A stretch of 64,000 bases of DNA from Lytechinus pictus (Eukaryota), in contig NC_087250.1 in NCBI RefSeq assembly GCF_037042905.1, forward strand, positions 24,306,001-24,370,000, given 5' to 3'. The position numbers and the translations under genes were made by a program. The first letter of the stretch is position 1. The number at the start of each line of letters is the position of its first letter. Under the pieces are notes generated by a model. It did no database searches, was not told the DNA's origin, and saw nothing but the letters and a program-made list of their open reading frames with translations. Positions 1 to 15,000 of this stretch are shown here, piece after piece.

Positions 1-1505
1 AGACCTTTACAACTAAGAAGAGAACTGTCTGTTGACAAATACATGTTTTATCTTTTAACAAACAGAGATAGTCATCATCCTACTTTAGAAATTATTGAAC
101 CTTCCTGGTATACTGATAAATTTACTTGGAAATCAGGTCGTGGACCCTTTGTAGTCAGAGCATGTAAGCCAAATGAAGAGATCCAAATTGAACAACTAAG
201 CCAAAGAATATTACGAGAACCTTTTTGGTCATATGAAATACCTAGTATATCTTACTATATCCATAAGATTATCAATAAACAACGTAACTTAGTACAAGAT
301 ATGAAAAACTGTGTCTCAGAAAGGATACATACAAGATGGAAAGGTTACTTAAATATCTACACTGATGGATCAAAACAAGAAGACAAGAGAACCGGCTCTG
401 CTTTTTATATACCAGAACTGGATATTAAAAGATTCTATAGATTAAATTCTGTAAGTATAATGAGAGCCGAATTAACAGCAATAGTAATGGCACTTGATTG
501 GCTAGGAGATAACAGAGGTATGTCCGTGGTAATTTTTACAGATTCGTTGTCTGCTCTTCAAGCACTTGAAAGCAATCGTATACAAAACAATCTTATTGTT
601 GATATCTTGTATAAAATCAAAGTTTTACAATTATCAGATATTTATGTCAATTTTGAATGGATACCATCCCATTGTGGTATTCACGGGAACGATGTGGCAG
701 ACCTTTTAGCAAAAAAAGGAACATCAAAAGAACAAGTTGAATTAAACATTCCATATATCAAAGAGGAATGGAAAACCCACATGTCTTTGATTTATAAAGA
801 AATATGGCAGGCTCAATGGGTATCCTCATCTAAAGGAAGACATTTATTTAGCATCCAACCCAACGTGGCAGATACAATTGGTTATCAAGGTCTCATTCGG
901 TTTGAAGAGACTATGATACACCGTTTAAGACTCGGAAAATGTAAATTGAATTATTATCTGTATAAATTTAATCAACATGAAAATGGTCTATGTTCCCATT
1001 GTCAGGTTCCTGAGACAATAGAACATTTTTTACTACAATGTAAGAAATATGAAAGAGAAAGAAGAATTATGCAAAGAAGCCTGAAATTAAACAAGCCAAT
1101 ATCAGATCTGGCAACATTATTGGGAAGAAATGCAGATTATAAAGTCATCCTGAATTACGTGAAAAAACAAAGAGATTCGAATAAGAATATTCCACTGATC
1201 TCTCTCCATCTCTTTCTCTCTCTCTCTCATCCTTTTGTTCTGATGATTAGTGATAATTCTTAGACTACTAAAATTGAGCTTCGACCTAGCTTCTTATATA
1301 AGTTTGCATACTATGAAGTACAAAAACGCACATTTAATGGTGGTGGTAACTAATCATAATTATATTGCACCTCGCTATATGACAGGTCAGACTAGTCTAA
1401 CGCCGAGGACATTGATGCGGGAATTAAGCAACTAACTCGGAAACGACCTGGCGCAGATAATCTACCAGATTGAAGAGCGCCAACTTAACTCCAACACCAA
1501 CCAAC
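1..1505 (+). mobile_element. 3' part of an I-group (Nimb/I-like) non-LTR retrotransposon: RNase H, C-terminal CCHC motif, 3' UTR and (CCAA)n tail
   Basis: ORF 43-1263 has RNase H motifs IYTDGSK, AELTAI, IFTDSLSAL, WIPSHCGIHGNDVADLLAK, followed by CSHCQVPETIEHFLLQC. The element ends in ...gcgccaacttaactccaacaccaaccaac at ~1505. The 5' part is outside the window. Confidence 0.88.
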
Positions 1506-1632
1506 TTTGCTCATTCTCCTGAGGACGACAAGAACACACTTGTCGAAACGTCGAGATTGGGTGGTCCTTTTCAGGACCAACATCTGCCCAAGAAAGATAC
1601 ATGGTGTACCGTGAAACCTACTACACTATGAC
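1506..1632 (+). mobile_element. 3' end of a Penelope-like element pseudo-LTR (copy 1)
   Basis: Near-identical to 63826-63953, which is contiguous with the GIY-YIG ORF at 54964-55491 once nested insertions are removed; contains the hammerhead motif. Confidence 0.8.
1510..1561 (+). ncRNA. Minimal type I hammerhead ribozyme (Penelope-associated)
   Basis: Stem I ctcattctc/gagattggg; core CTGAGGA (1519-1525); stem II gacaag/cttgtc; GAAA; then CGTC, with palindromic ACGT in place of stem III. Predicted cleavage after 1552. Confidence 0.85.
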
Positions 1633-2999
1633 ATGAGAAATTACATATTTCTTTGCGAATCATGTTTTCAGACACTGTAGTCCACTCATAACTCACAGTC
1701 AAATGTTTTTGTGGAGCTCATTTTTCCCCATTCAATTTGTATGTAAAAGAGTATACAGGGATCCATGGGAGCTATTTTGAATATCAAGAAAAGAGATATT
1801 TTGTCTAAAATATGTTTTCAGACAGTATTTTACTCCTGCAGGACTATTACAGGCTTTTTATAGTAATAATTTTGTAGAAATAGTCTGCTTCGGCATATGG
1901 AATAAAATAATCACAAATGATTTATTAAATGCCGTAGAAATAAAAATTTAGATTTTAAAAGGAGTGTAGCTCTAAAAATTGAAAGGTAATGTCACACTCT
2001 TCGTCAGTGCCCATGATGTGACAAAAAAAAAAGTTCAAAATCCGTTTCTGAAACAGTCGTGAAAGGATGCTAATACATCAAGAAAGCATTGAGACATAGT
2101 ATGGTCTTTGTTTCATCAGGTTTAATACGAGCTTTAATCTGGCCATCGGGGCTAGTTTCTTCAGGTATCAATTTAAGAGTATAAATGCTTGACCAAACAG
2201 GTGATTTGTGTGTACAAGTGAATGTAAATAAGTCGGAGGACCAGGCTACGTGCCAATGCTTTCTTGCTGCATTACCATCTTTTCAATATTTCTGACACAA
2301 AAAGCACCCACGCAATTTTGAGGTCCTTGCTCTTCACATTTGTATACATACACTGTAATTTCAAAAACGCTTTTTACCATGTGAATCGCACAGTAGTTGT
2401 TTTAAACATTTAAAACAAGTGTTTGAAATATTAAACTACAAAGTTTAACTTCAAATATTTAAAAATCAATAATTTGAGCATGGTTGTTTAAGATTTTATT
2501 TAATCGGGATGTTTAAACCGTTTAAACAGCTACTGTGCGATTCGCATAGTAAACAGCGTTGTTTAAAGGACAAGTCCACCCCAACAAAAAGTTGATTTGA
2601 ATAAAAAAAGAAAAATCGAACAACTATAACACTGAAAATTTCATCAAAATCGGATGTAAAATAAGAAGGTTATGACATTTTAAAGTTTCGCTTAATTTCA
2701 CAAAACAGTCAAATGCACATCCTGGTCGGTATGCAAATGAGGAGAAGGATGGTGTCATCCACTCACTATTTCTTATGTATTTTATTACATGAAATATGAA
2801 ATATTATAATTTTCTCATTGTCAAGTGAAACAACTCCCTGAACATGTGGAATCAGCATTGTTTAATACTATATGGTTCAGTCAACTTCAAATATGTAAAA
2901 ATGAAATATTGTTTAATTCAAACAATAAAAACAATAGAAATACTCCGATCAGTACTTCATTAATCAGCACAGCTCCGCTGTATTTCTCCCAGTTTGTGA

Positions 3000-3257
<258 letters not shown>

Positions 3258-3800
3258 AAGAGGAAGTTGGTCTAGTAGATTGTATGCCAGGGGGGGGGGG
3301 GGCAGTCAAATGTATTGTTGTACACACGTGTGACCAAATTATTTCCAAACACCCCCTAAACGAGTGTTTCTCTGTGTGCAAAATAACCCCTTAAACAAGT
3401 TTTTCGCTGGTTTCTTTCACACAAGTTGTCACCAGAATATGACCCGGTCTGAACAAGTTTTGTCTACTTGCTAACAATAAGCTATAGACAAAACTATTTT
3501 CATGGGTATAGAATACCCCCCAGTAGAGGGTTAAAATCCAACAATCGGGAAGAACCCAAGCACTTTTCAGAAACGAGGAGAAATTAAAAAGCCCTGGGGT
3601 AAGAGCCTGGGGAAAAACATACCCTAAACACGTTTAACTAGTCTTTAAAAAAAAGCTTTGGAAAAAATACACTTAATACATTTGAACCCCGTGATTGACC
3701 AGTCTTTCAAAAACACCCCTTTTTGGTCACGCGTGTGTACAGCAATAGACTGCACCCCCCCCCCCTACCCGGGATTGTAGGACCATGTTCATATATTTAA

Positions 3801-4403
3801 AGGACAAGTCCACCCCAACAAAAACTTCATTTGAATAAAAAGAGAAAAATTCAACAAGCATAACACTGAAAATTTCATCAAAATCGGATGTAAAATAAGA
3901 AAGTTATGGCATTTTAAACTTTCGCTTCATTTCACAAAACAGTTATTTGCACATCTCGGTCGGTATGCAAATGAGGAACTGATGACATCACTCATTCACT
4001 ATTTCTTTTGTATTTTATTATATGAAATATGAAATATTTTTATTTTCTCGTCATTGTCATGTGAAATGAAGTTTCATTCCTCCCTGAACACATGGAATTT
4101 CATTATTTTAACATTTTGTGCTTCAGGCAAGGAGGTCCTAATCGTCAAATTCGTAAAAATTGAAATATTGTATAATTCAAACAATCAAAAAACAAAAGAA
4201 ATAATGAGTGAGTGACATCATCGACTCTCTCATTTGGATGTAACTGGCTCGTTCATATAACTATTTTGTGAAAAATAAGCGAAACTTTGAAATGTCATAA
4301 CTTTCTTATTTTATATCCGATTTTGATGGAATTTTCAGCATTGTGCTTGTCTGATTTTCCTCTATAGATTTAAATCAACATTTTTATGAGGTGGACTTGA
4401 CCT
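3801..4403. mobile_element. TTAA-site non-autonomous DNA transposon (Kolobok-like MITE)
   Basis: ttaa|AGGACAAGTCCACC...GGTGGACTTGACCT with long imperfect TIRs. Related copies at ~2567-2940, ~9300-9950, ~32720-33195 and 61723-62309. Confidence 0.75.
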
Positions 4404-4546
4404 TCAAATTCGGATAAAATTAAACAAACGCATTGCACCCGCTGGTCACGACAGGGGGTGTGAGGAAACGACTTTCTTGCATACAGGCTTTGGTTTAAAA
4501 AAGAGAGAGAAAAAACAAAAGTTAGATGGGAAAGGCCCTATCGGAA

Positions 4547-4720
4547 TACCTCAGTCACGTTTGCTCTACGGCGGCCGTACGGCCAGTCGAAAACAGCCGT
4601 TTTAATATTTTTTTATTTGCAATCGCTATTTAGGCTGATAGGTGGTTTGAATAAAAATGAATAAAACGGCCGCTTCCGACTCGCCGTACGGCCGCCGGAG
4701 AGCAAATGTGACTGAGGTAT
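4547..4720. mobile_element. Palindromic MITE
   Basis: TACCTCAGTCACGTTTGCTCTACGGCGGCCGTACGG and its near-perfect reverse complement. Related copy at ~53842-54003 and a fragment at ~8228. Confidence 0.7.
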
Positions 4721-7700
4721 AAATGTCACTAAAACAGTCCTATTCGTATTCGACCGGTTAATGGTATTGTGTTAGATCTCTTAAATTATTAAAAGCAAGA
4801 TTTTAAAACACCTTTGTTTCTTCACACTGACTATTTATGAATGCGTGTTAGTGAGGACCGCCTATCCCATTAGCTGTTGGACATTACAAATTATATGCTA
4901 TTGGGATAATGGTAATTTTAATAATAAATTAATAATGTTCAAAATTATTCTTGTAGAGCACATATCACTATACTAGGCACTTGGTGACTTGGATGTTATT
5001 ATGTACAACAGTTATCTAGTCTTATTAGTTTCAAACTTTTGACAATTTTGTATGAGTTTTTAATTTATTTTCTTGTCATCTTTACTTAAAGGTAAAACAA
5101 ATATATACTATGCTTTAAGTGCCTTTGAAGCGAAGAGCTAGCAAAATGGCTTTGTGTAAAGGGCAGTACTGCATATAATCATGACTTATCTAATTAGTTA
5201 TCATTTATATTTTGTATATGTTATATTAGGTGGAGGCCATTATTTCTGATAATTTGAATAATTATTTGAATAAAAAAGAAAATGAAGAAAATGGTGTATT
5301 ACAAAGTTGACGATGGCAGATTACACTGCAAAAAACACCGTTGTTGATTTAACACCAGCCTGGAATATGTTAAAAACACCAGTTAAGAATCAAACCGATA
5401 TTGGTTTGACTCTGATGAGTGTTGATTAAATGCCTATCTGGGGCCCGTTGCATAAAACTTTTTACCTGAGAAAACTCAGGTTGTTTTACCAGAGTTTTTG
5501 CCCTGTGTTAAAGTCAATGGCAGAAAGCAGACTAACCTTAGTTTTCAGTTTTACCACAGTTTTCTCAGGTAAAATTTTTTATGCAACAGGCCCCTGGTGT
5601 TAGGCTAAAGCCGAAGTGGTGACGTTTCAACACCTCTTTCAACACTTCTCTGGTGTTTTCCGATAAAGATACCGAGCTGGTGTTAAATCAACACCGTTTT
5701 CTTTTGCAGTGTGTATCTTGTGACTCTACAAGCATCGGATAGAGCAGTATAGTGGTTATAATAAGCATGCATGATCAGCAACGATACACTGGGAATTTTA
5801 CATGTAACATAGTTTAGCACCTTTCTGAACTGAAATGTGTATAGGTTGCACATAGCTCCAAGACGAGAATGGTACAAAGTTAAACCCTTTTTCCAGAGCT
5901 TGGTGTGAAATCCCGCCAATATGAGGGACAATATCTTGGCACTTAACATCGGTGTTACATATCTAGATATCGTGTCGGACATTTTTGTATTTATGTATGC
6001 AGGGCCTTTAAGAAAAACAGTGTTCAAAATCAGTGTGTAAATCAGACAAAACGATGATAATATTTCAAAAAGGTTGGGACGTTCGGGTATTTTTAAAAAC
6101 TACACTGCTTCACTACCCAAAATATAAATGCATACATGAAAAAAAAATGAATGTATATTTCTTCGGGAAAAAAATCATGCGTATTTTCATATTTTGAAAA
6201 AAAAAACACACACCAAAGATTACTGGATCACAACCTTATATTCAAACTTAGATTTCATGTATGGGTTCCAAGATATTCGGGCTGAAGGCAGTTATACGTC
6301 AATTATAATAGTTGTTTCGTAAGGCAGTGTTGTATTTCATGATAAAATATATATTATGTCAAGTGAGTAATGTGGAAAGTGTATGTTTTCTTTTGGCTTG
6401 TTATAAAAGGCCGTGTAAGCTGTGCGTTTCTGGTAAATTTCTATGTATGGGCAGCTGTAATGTGAAAAAAATTAAACCGCCTGGTATTAAAGAGAGTGTA
6501 AGCTCGCCAGGCGGCTAATTTATCCTACGGTTTCTTTCACAGTACAAAGCTAAAAGAAATTACACAAGTGATAGAGATCCATAAAAAAATACTGGATTAA
6601 ATATTGAAACAGATTTTAATCATCAGAGTGATATCAGATAATACAGGTAGTACGATGAAAAATGTTTAAAAGAAGGGGATAGAGGCAAAGAGAAAGAAAG
6701 AAAGGAGAAATAAAAAAAAAGACGGGGGAAGAGAGAGAGAGAGGGGGGATTACAAACAAATGAGCGGTTCAGGGCCCATTGGATGTTGACCGGGCGCCGA
6801 TTGAATGTTTAAATTAAGGGGGCCAAATTGATGTTTGAAATAGGGGGCGCCAAATTGATGATCGAATGGGAGGAGGCGCGAAATTGTTCGAACTGGGGGG
6901 CGCCAAAATGCGGCTGGATTAAAGTATCCCGTTTTTACGATATTGTACAAAAAACTATGTGAATCAGAGCTTAAACAAAAAATCCTTAAGTCAGTAAAAC
7001 GTTTTTGCTCGCGCTTTGGGGGTTACATAATGTTTCTTTTATTTTATCAAAAAGACGGTTAAAATTGGGACATCCCGATAGTCCGCGGGTCCGTTAGTCC
7101 GCAGGTCCGATAGTCCGATAGTCCGCGGGTCCGTTAGTGCGCGGGTCCGATAATAATAATCAAAGGTTTATATAGCGCACATATCTGTCGATGACACTCA
7201 AGGCGCACAATTAACAACTAGTCCGATAGTCCGCAGTGTGTGTAAAATTATGATCAGATATATCAAATGCTATCGAGAGGTCCAAAGATCAAATGATACG
7301 AGACCATGGCGTTCTATCAGGTGCAGATCCATGGGGGGGGGGGGGGGGGGGCGAGGGGCCTTACCTTATATAGAGATATGCCTATTTCCTTTAAGAATGG
7401 GTTGGGTTTACTGCGGAAAGCCATCAGCATGGTAATTTGTTAATTCGTCTATTGCCAATTAGTCCACTCAACACATGCCATGTTGGTCTACCCTCATTTA
7501 GTCTAATTCCATTCCGTCCTGCAACATTTCGTCAAACAATTTGGTCCAATAATCACCAATTCGACTATGATCATTTCGCCTCATAACCAATTGGCCTAAT
7601 ACCCACTCTCTTTTCATTCATTTGTTTGCCCAAATTAGATCAACTGGTAATTGTACTGAATGGCTAAATAAGACGAAATTGTGAATGGACGAAATGGCAA

Positions 7701-10700
7701 TTACACTGTTAGAAAATTTGTCCTTAAAATAAAAAGGGTTCCTGCAGCAGAGTCTCGAGAACGCCTGTAATCTTACCAGATTGCGTAATCTTACAGGAAA
7801 TTGGTATTTGGTGTATGGAACCTTTCAAATTTCCTTTAATAAAACACCCTTTTCCCCTTTTTAAACAGGCCTGTTCTGTTAAATTGCAGAAAAATTCCTG
7901 TTTTATGAATTTACAGAATGATTCTGTTATTGCTTTTTGCAAAATCTTCTTTCTTTTTTTTCTGTAAAATCTGTTTTTTTTTAACAGTGTAGACCATGTG
8001 TAAAGTGGACGAACTGATAGTAGACCAAATGAAAGTTGTCGATCGAGTTAATAATTGGACGAATTGGCATTATACCAATTGAAAATAAACCGTCAGGAAT
8101 ACCCCTCCTACCACCATGATCTCAAACTTAGAGCCGCTAGAAAAATGTATTTGGGAATTAAATCTAACATGACAATCACCTAAATTTCAAAGTTTCGTGA
8201 TATCAATGGTAATTTTTCACGTTGCTATACCTCGGTCACATTTGCTACGGCCGCCGTAGATAGTAGCATTTCTACGGTGAGTAGCATTCCCCCCCGCATT
8301 TCCCCGTAGGATACCATGGATACCACGCGAGACCAAACAAAAAAACGCGTAAAAAGAATGTCTTTTTCAAAATAGGGCCACTAGCGTACCTACGGGGGGG
8401 GGGGGGGGGGGGGCAGTCTCCCCCCTGACGAGTTTAAAAGACCTTTTTTGCCCCCCCCCCCATGAGGAGCTTGGAAACTTTTATCCCCCCCCCCCCCCCT
8501 GATGAACTTGCAGACCTTTTTTTTTTGCTTGTCAAATTTTTTTCTGGTACGAAATCCTTTTTTTTTTGGCGATTGAAGACCTTTTTTTTGCTTGTCATTT
8601 TTTTTTGGCGGACGGTTTTGCCCTCCCCCCCCCCCACGTGGAAAATCATAGGTACGCCACTGGATAGGGCACGTTACGTACGAAACATAATAAGGGTGTC
8701 AAAAACATTAAAATAATGTAATGGGGAAAAGTACATCCTCTAAAGAGCTACGTGTTTAGGGTCAAATTTACAAGGGTTTAAAAAAACAAGACTAAAATAA
8801 AGGATGTACTTTTTCCCCCAAGAGTCAACACTACGTGTTTAGGGTACGATTTACGCGAGACGTATAGGAGGTGGGCTGTACTAAACCTAATGATGTAGGT
8901 AAAGGTAAAACCGATGACCGATCGCGTCCGTGACAAAACAATACAAATATCGCTGTACTTGTTTAGGGGGTCGATTCAGGGAATACTTGGCAAGAGTATC
9001 GTTTTGTTTTCAATACTTGTTAAGGGTAGGGTTTTGCATTTTCAGAATATGGAAAATATTACGTGTTTAGGGTGCTTTTCGAGACCCCACTGGTCGCGCA
9101 TGGTATCCACTCGTCAATTGAAGTGCCCCCCCCCCCGGGCAACCAATGTAATTCAATTGACATTTAATTAAAATTAAGACCGTCTTTGCCTCCCCCCCTC
9201 CCCTTCTTGGCCCTTCTGGTCCCCTATGATGATCAAAAAGCCTTTGCTCTGAGGCATAATGCAAGTTATGATTTAATTTAATCAAATATTAGATGACTGT
9301 CCACCAACAAAAAATAGGTGATTTGAAAAAAAAACACCAAAAATCAAACAAGCATAACACTTTTATCAAAATCGGATGTAACATAAGAAAGTTATGACAT
9401 TTTAAACTTCTGCTCAATTTTACAAAATAGTCATCCTGATCGGTAAGCGAATAAGGGAAGCTGATCGCATCACCTATTCGTGGTTTATTTTCATTTTTTG
9501 TAAGAAATGGTTTAGGCCTATTAAACAAAAAATCGTTTGCGTCCCACTAAAGACCAAATTACAGATTTTCATCCAAAAAAGGAATTAGACCTGCATCGAA
9601 ATTACATGAAAACACAAAATAATCAAATACGGTCACATAGGCCTTTTTTTGTGTGAAATGTGAAATATTCAACATTTTTCATCATTGTCACAATGTGAAT
9701 CGAATCCGGAAAAACATGTGGATCATCGTTTGAACATTCTGTGGCTCAGACGAGTAGGTCACTATTGTCAAATCTGTAGAGACTGAAGAAAACATAATAG
9801 TGAGTTAGAGACCTTATTGACTGTTTCGTTTGTATTACTGAGTTGTGCACATAACTGTCTTCTGAAAAATAAGCAAAATTTTTGTAACATTTTATATCTA
9901 ATATTAATGAAATTATCATCGCTATGCTTGCATGATTTTTCTCTTTTGATACAAATCATTTTTTCTAGGGTGCCACATCCGCCTTATCATCCGATTCCTT
10001 TATATTTCTCTCTCTTCTTTTTTCATCATCTTCTTCCTCTTCCTTTTCTTTTTTTCACTCTCATCCCCTTCCCCCCTCTCTCTCTCTCGTTTTCCTGTTG
10101 CTCTTCTTGGGGGGGGGGGGGGGGGGCTTGGTGCTGTTGCCCCATTACCCAAGAGGGGGCACAAGACAAATGAATGAAATGAAAAAGAAAATGGTTAGGC
10201 CTATACTAAATTAATAATATTATATTGAAATCTATCATGAAATTATTTACAATATTGATTTAAGCAGGACTCCTTTATTATTATCATTACTGTTGGTAGC
10301 GATGATTTAGTATCCCTTTCTGTATGCTATTCTTTATACGCACCTCAATTTGCAATCAGTAGCAAATATTCTGTTGCGATTTTACAACGGGCAGATCTAT
10401 TTTAACTGTAGCAGATCATCAGATCATATTCATTGTCCAAAGAAGAAAATTATCAATCAATCATAAATTTGCAATTAATGTCAAGAATTTTTGTTGATAC
10501 AGGAACCGAAAACAGACATGCAATATTGATCTTGAATTTCTTGCAACGCCTCATTGGACTAGGCCTACTATTAATTTATACGAATAACAGATTTCCGTTC
10601 ATCATTTATATTTATTTTTCTATTCGATTAAACCCAATCATTATATCACTAATGAGATTTTTAAAAACACCTTGGCTTTCTACCAGGTTATAAAAAAAAC

Positions 10701-11295
10701 ATTCTGAATCGCAAAATTAATTTTCTCAACTTTTTAATCAAACTGGATTAGTTAAACGTAATATTCATTTTCAGTTCTTGTATACGGCATTAGAGGATGT
10801 ACACAATTCTAAGGATGTACACAATTAATTGAACACAAAATGTATCCACTTTTGAATTAGCACTGAAATAACATGGTAACATGCAATACTCAATTTTATT
10901 TTTTTAGTACTGCATTAGAAGTTATACAAGATCAGCTGCACATAGGTGGGTTATTTTCATTTTATTTTTTTTAATAAAAAAACAAACTATATATCTCTTA
11001 ACCTACATTCCTTTAAACTTACACGCGGAATTATATCCCCTATATACATGATATAATTTAAAATGAATAGGCATTATGACATATTCAAACTTTCATTGTT
11101 TTCTACAGCATTGTGATTAACATATACCTTCCTCCATAAACCAACTTTCAAGTTTCGGTTCAAAATAATCAATTACTTTCCCCACTTTCATCATCTTGGC
11201 AGATTTTGTTCAAAATATAGTGGAAACAAAAAATAGTATTGTACACAAAGGAAAATTCACAATTTTGGTCATGACTATTGTCATAATAAATCCTG

Positions 11296-11534
11296 CACTG
11301 TAAAAACTGTGGTGTTAAAACTGACACCAATTGGTGTTAATAGAGGACCACACCCTCAGGTGTTAAAATAACACCCTAGAGATTGAACATGACACCAAAG
11401 AGTGTAAATGTAACAACCATAGGTGTTGTAATAACACCTATAGGTGTAAAACTAACACCACAAATTTAACACCGGTGTAAAATAACTGGTGTGGTCCTCT
11501 ATTTACACCGGTTAACACCACAGTTTTTGCTGTG
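11296..11534. mobile_element. 239-bp CAC..GTG MITE with 2-bp TSD (CACTA/EnSpm-like)
   Basis: tg|CACTGTAAAAACTGTGGTGTTAA...TTAACACCACAGTTTTTGCTGTG|tg. Near-identical inverted copy at 12604-12842. Confidence 0.8.
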
Positions 11535-12044
11535 TGTAATTCATAATATATCCAAGAAAACCAATACGATTTGAATATTAAAGAAGATGTGAACCAATAA
11601 CACTATCTCGAGTCCTCAACTACTCATACCTGGCCAGCTTCCTGACCCATAATGCTAGTATAGGCTAATAATATAGACCCACTTGAATGATAACATGCCA
11701 ATTAAGTACTCAGTACATTATACCGCAATAATTGTGTTACCAAGCAAAAAAACAATACTTTTCCTCTCAAAACATTTTAGTTTCTCTATACAAATACAAT
11801 CATAGGTCAATTTATTCTCTGTAGTATATATCTGAAAACGTATATTTTAAGACTATGTATTTATAACACACAGCCAATGAGAGACCACACACAGTTCACT
11901 CCCCCTTTAAGTCTATAATACAACTTGTGTGAAATATATCAAAACCAAACATAGAAAAAAATTATCTTGACAGAAATCTTACCAAAAAGGCTGTTGCTAT
12001 TACAATGTTGCATTTTCCTTAAAAAAAACCTACATAGATTTATA

Positions 12045-15000
12045 TACTTATTGTACAAAATGTATCTTATAGTTTCAAAATGTTAAAATAATGCACTGTA
12101 AGTTTGTATTTCCACCAGATGAATATTTTCTTTCTTTGAAGTTTTAGTTTATAGCCTACATAGTAGTAACAATGCATGGAATTGTGAGAACAAAATATTT
12201 GTTTTGTCAAAACGTTGAGCACTGTACAAAAGAATGAAAATGATGACATTAGGAACGGTTTTAGTCAAGTAGTATCACGTCTTTAAGCCTTGTCAATACT
12301 TGGTAACATACAATCATAATAAAAAAGAAGAATATGAAACATATACTAAATGTACATAGGCCTATTATGAGAGCCCATGCATTCATAAGGTTAACATTAA
12401 GGCCAGCGTAATGATATGATACAAGAATAAGTACTGTAAAGCCTGTAATACTCATTGAATATTTACATTTTCACACATTAAAAATTAATATGCATTTCAG
12501 GCATAGTAACTTCATCACGTTCAACGTTGATATTTTGTTGTAAGTATTGCAAGTGCCTTTTTTTATGTTTAAATTTTGCGAATATTGACAGACTTTGACT
12601 GTACACAGCAAAAACTGTGGTGTTAACCGGTGTACACAGAGGACGACACCAGTTATTTTACACCGGTGTTAAATTGGTGGTGTTAGTTTTACACCTATAG
12701 GTGTTATCACAACACCTATGGTTGTTACATTTACACTCTTTGGTGTTATGTTCAATCTCTAGGGTGTTATTTTAACACCTCAGGGTGTGGTCCTCTATTA
12801 ACACCAATTGGTGTCAGTTTTAACACCACAGTTTTTACAGTGTAAAGATATCCATATCCATTAACAAAGGAAATTCAAAGTATAGTCATTATGAATATTG
12901 ATTCAAGTAGGGCTTTTATTACTCAGTGGCCATGCGAATTCATTCACCTTCTACGAAAAATATGTGTAATAAGAAAACAAAACATTCAAATCTAAATAAC
13001 TGTTGTACACATTAATGCTCTTATGAGCCCAAAAGAAAAGGCATAAAAAGCAACAAAAAGGCTGGAAAGGTTTATGTTTATCACAATAATCATTGAAAAC
13101 AACGCTTTATACAATATTCTTTTTGCATGCCCTGCGACTCTAATGACTGAAAGTTTTGTGAGAAGTCAACATTGCATATGGGTATAGGCCTCGTCCCTGT
13201 TGACAAACCTTATTTTTTTTTCGATTTTTTTACACCTAAATACTGGAATTCTGTGTAATTTTTCAAGTAAATGAAATGTCTTTGAATAATAATTGCCATA
13301 CATTAAGTTATCGACAAACATGTAATTACAATGTATACCATGGATGACGAAACGTCTTAAAATATAATCATGGAAGATTAATTATTCATTATGACTCTCT
13401 TTCAACATGATTCTTATTTCTCTTTCTGTATCAAGCCTGTTTTCAATATAAATGTTTCTATATGTATATATGTGCATAACAACATTCATCTGTTGCCGAT
13501 AAACATTCATACTACATACATGACATAGAACACAAGAATACTTAATATACAAAATTCTATAAAGAAAGTAAATCAAGATATTGATTAAATTAGTTTTGTT
13601 CGCTAAAATACTTAAGCCTAAAAGTCTGCTTAAATTCTGGAGTTGAAATACTGTATTTTCTTGCATCGAAGTTACTGCATATATATCTTATTCATGTTAA
13701 CAGGACCATGCTGAAAAACACGTATTAAAAGTACACATGCCTATTATGAGAAGGCTATGTATTCATAAGGTTAAACATTTAAGCCAGTGTAATGATATCA
13801 TACAAATAAAAGTACTGTTGGCCTATATATCAAATATTTACATTTTTACATATAAAAATGAATATGCATTTCAGGCATAACAGCTTCATCACGTTCAACG
13901 TTGATATTTTGTTGTAATTATTGCAAGTGACTTTTTTTCAAAATGTTTAAACTTTGCGAATATTGACAGACTTTGACTGTAAAAATATCCAGTGCCATTA
14001 ACAACGAAAATTTAAAGACAGTATAGTCATTATGAATATTGATTTAAATATGGCTCTTTTACTCAATGGCCATGCGAATTCATCCACCTTCGACGAAAAA
14101 AAAATGTGTAATGAGAAAAGAAAACATTTAAATCTGAATAACTGCTGTACGCATTAATGCTCTTATGAGCTCAAAAGAAAAGGCATAAAAAGCAACAATA
14201 AAGCTGAAATGATTTATGTCATCATAATAATCATTGAAAAAAAAAACGCTTTATACAATATTATTTTGTGCATGCCCTGCAACTCTCATTACTGAATGTT
14301 TGTGAGAAGTCACAATTGCATATGGATATAGGCCTCGTTCCTGTTGACAAACCTTATTATTATTTCGATTTTTTAAACACCTAAATACTGGAATTCAGTT
14401 TAATTTTTCAAGTGCATGAAATAGCCAGACATTATATTATTGAAAAAAAGAATGTTATTACAATGTATACCATGGTTGATGAAACGTCTTGAAAATAATC
14501 ATGAAAGATTCATAATTCATTATGATTTGCTTTCATTGTGATTCTTATTTCTCTTTCTGTATCAAGCCTTTTTTAAATAAAAATGTTTATAGATATGTAC
14601 ATAACATTAATCTGTTACCGAGATACATTCAGACAATATACATAGAACACAAGAATACTTAATATACAAAATCAATAGAGAAAGTAAATCAAGATATTGA
14701 TTAAATTAGTTTTGTTCGCTAAGATATAAGCCTAAAATTCTGCTTAAATTATGGATTTGAAATACTGCACTTTCTAGCATTGAAGATACTGCTCATATCT
14801 TATTCATGTTAACAGGACCATGCTAAAAAAAGAGTTTATCTGGACATTTTATCTTCTGTGAATATATTCATACACTATATAAACACTATAAAGGAAAATA
14901 TTGTACCCAATAGTGGGTAGAAAAGGAACATGCATGTTTGTTGGGTTTTTTTAACCCATTTTGGGCAATTTTAATGCTACATTGCGTAAAATTTACAAAA

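Noticed and set aside
43..1263. Cellular RNase H1 gene
   Set aside because: Intronless, followed by a CCHC motif and a LINE tail; the same tail recurs with a TSD at 63694.
1383..1450. Additional hammerhead in the LINE 3' UTR (stem-GAAAC-stem)
   Set aside because: It lacks the CUGANGA core and a correctly placed NUH; only a generic stem-loop is supported.
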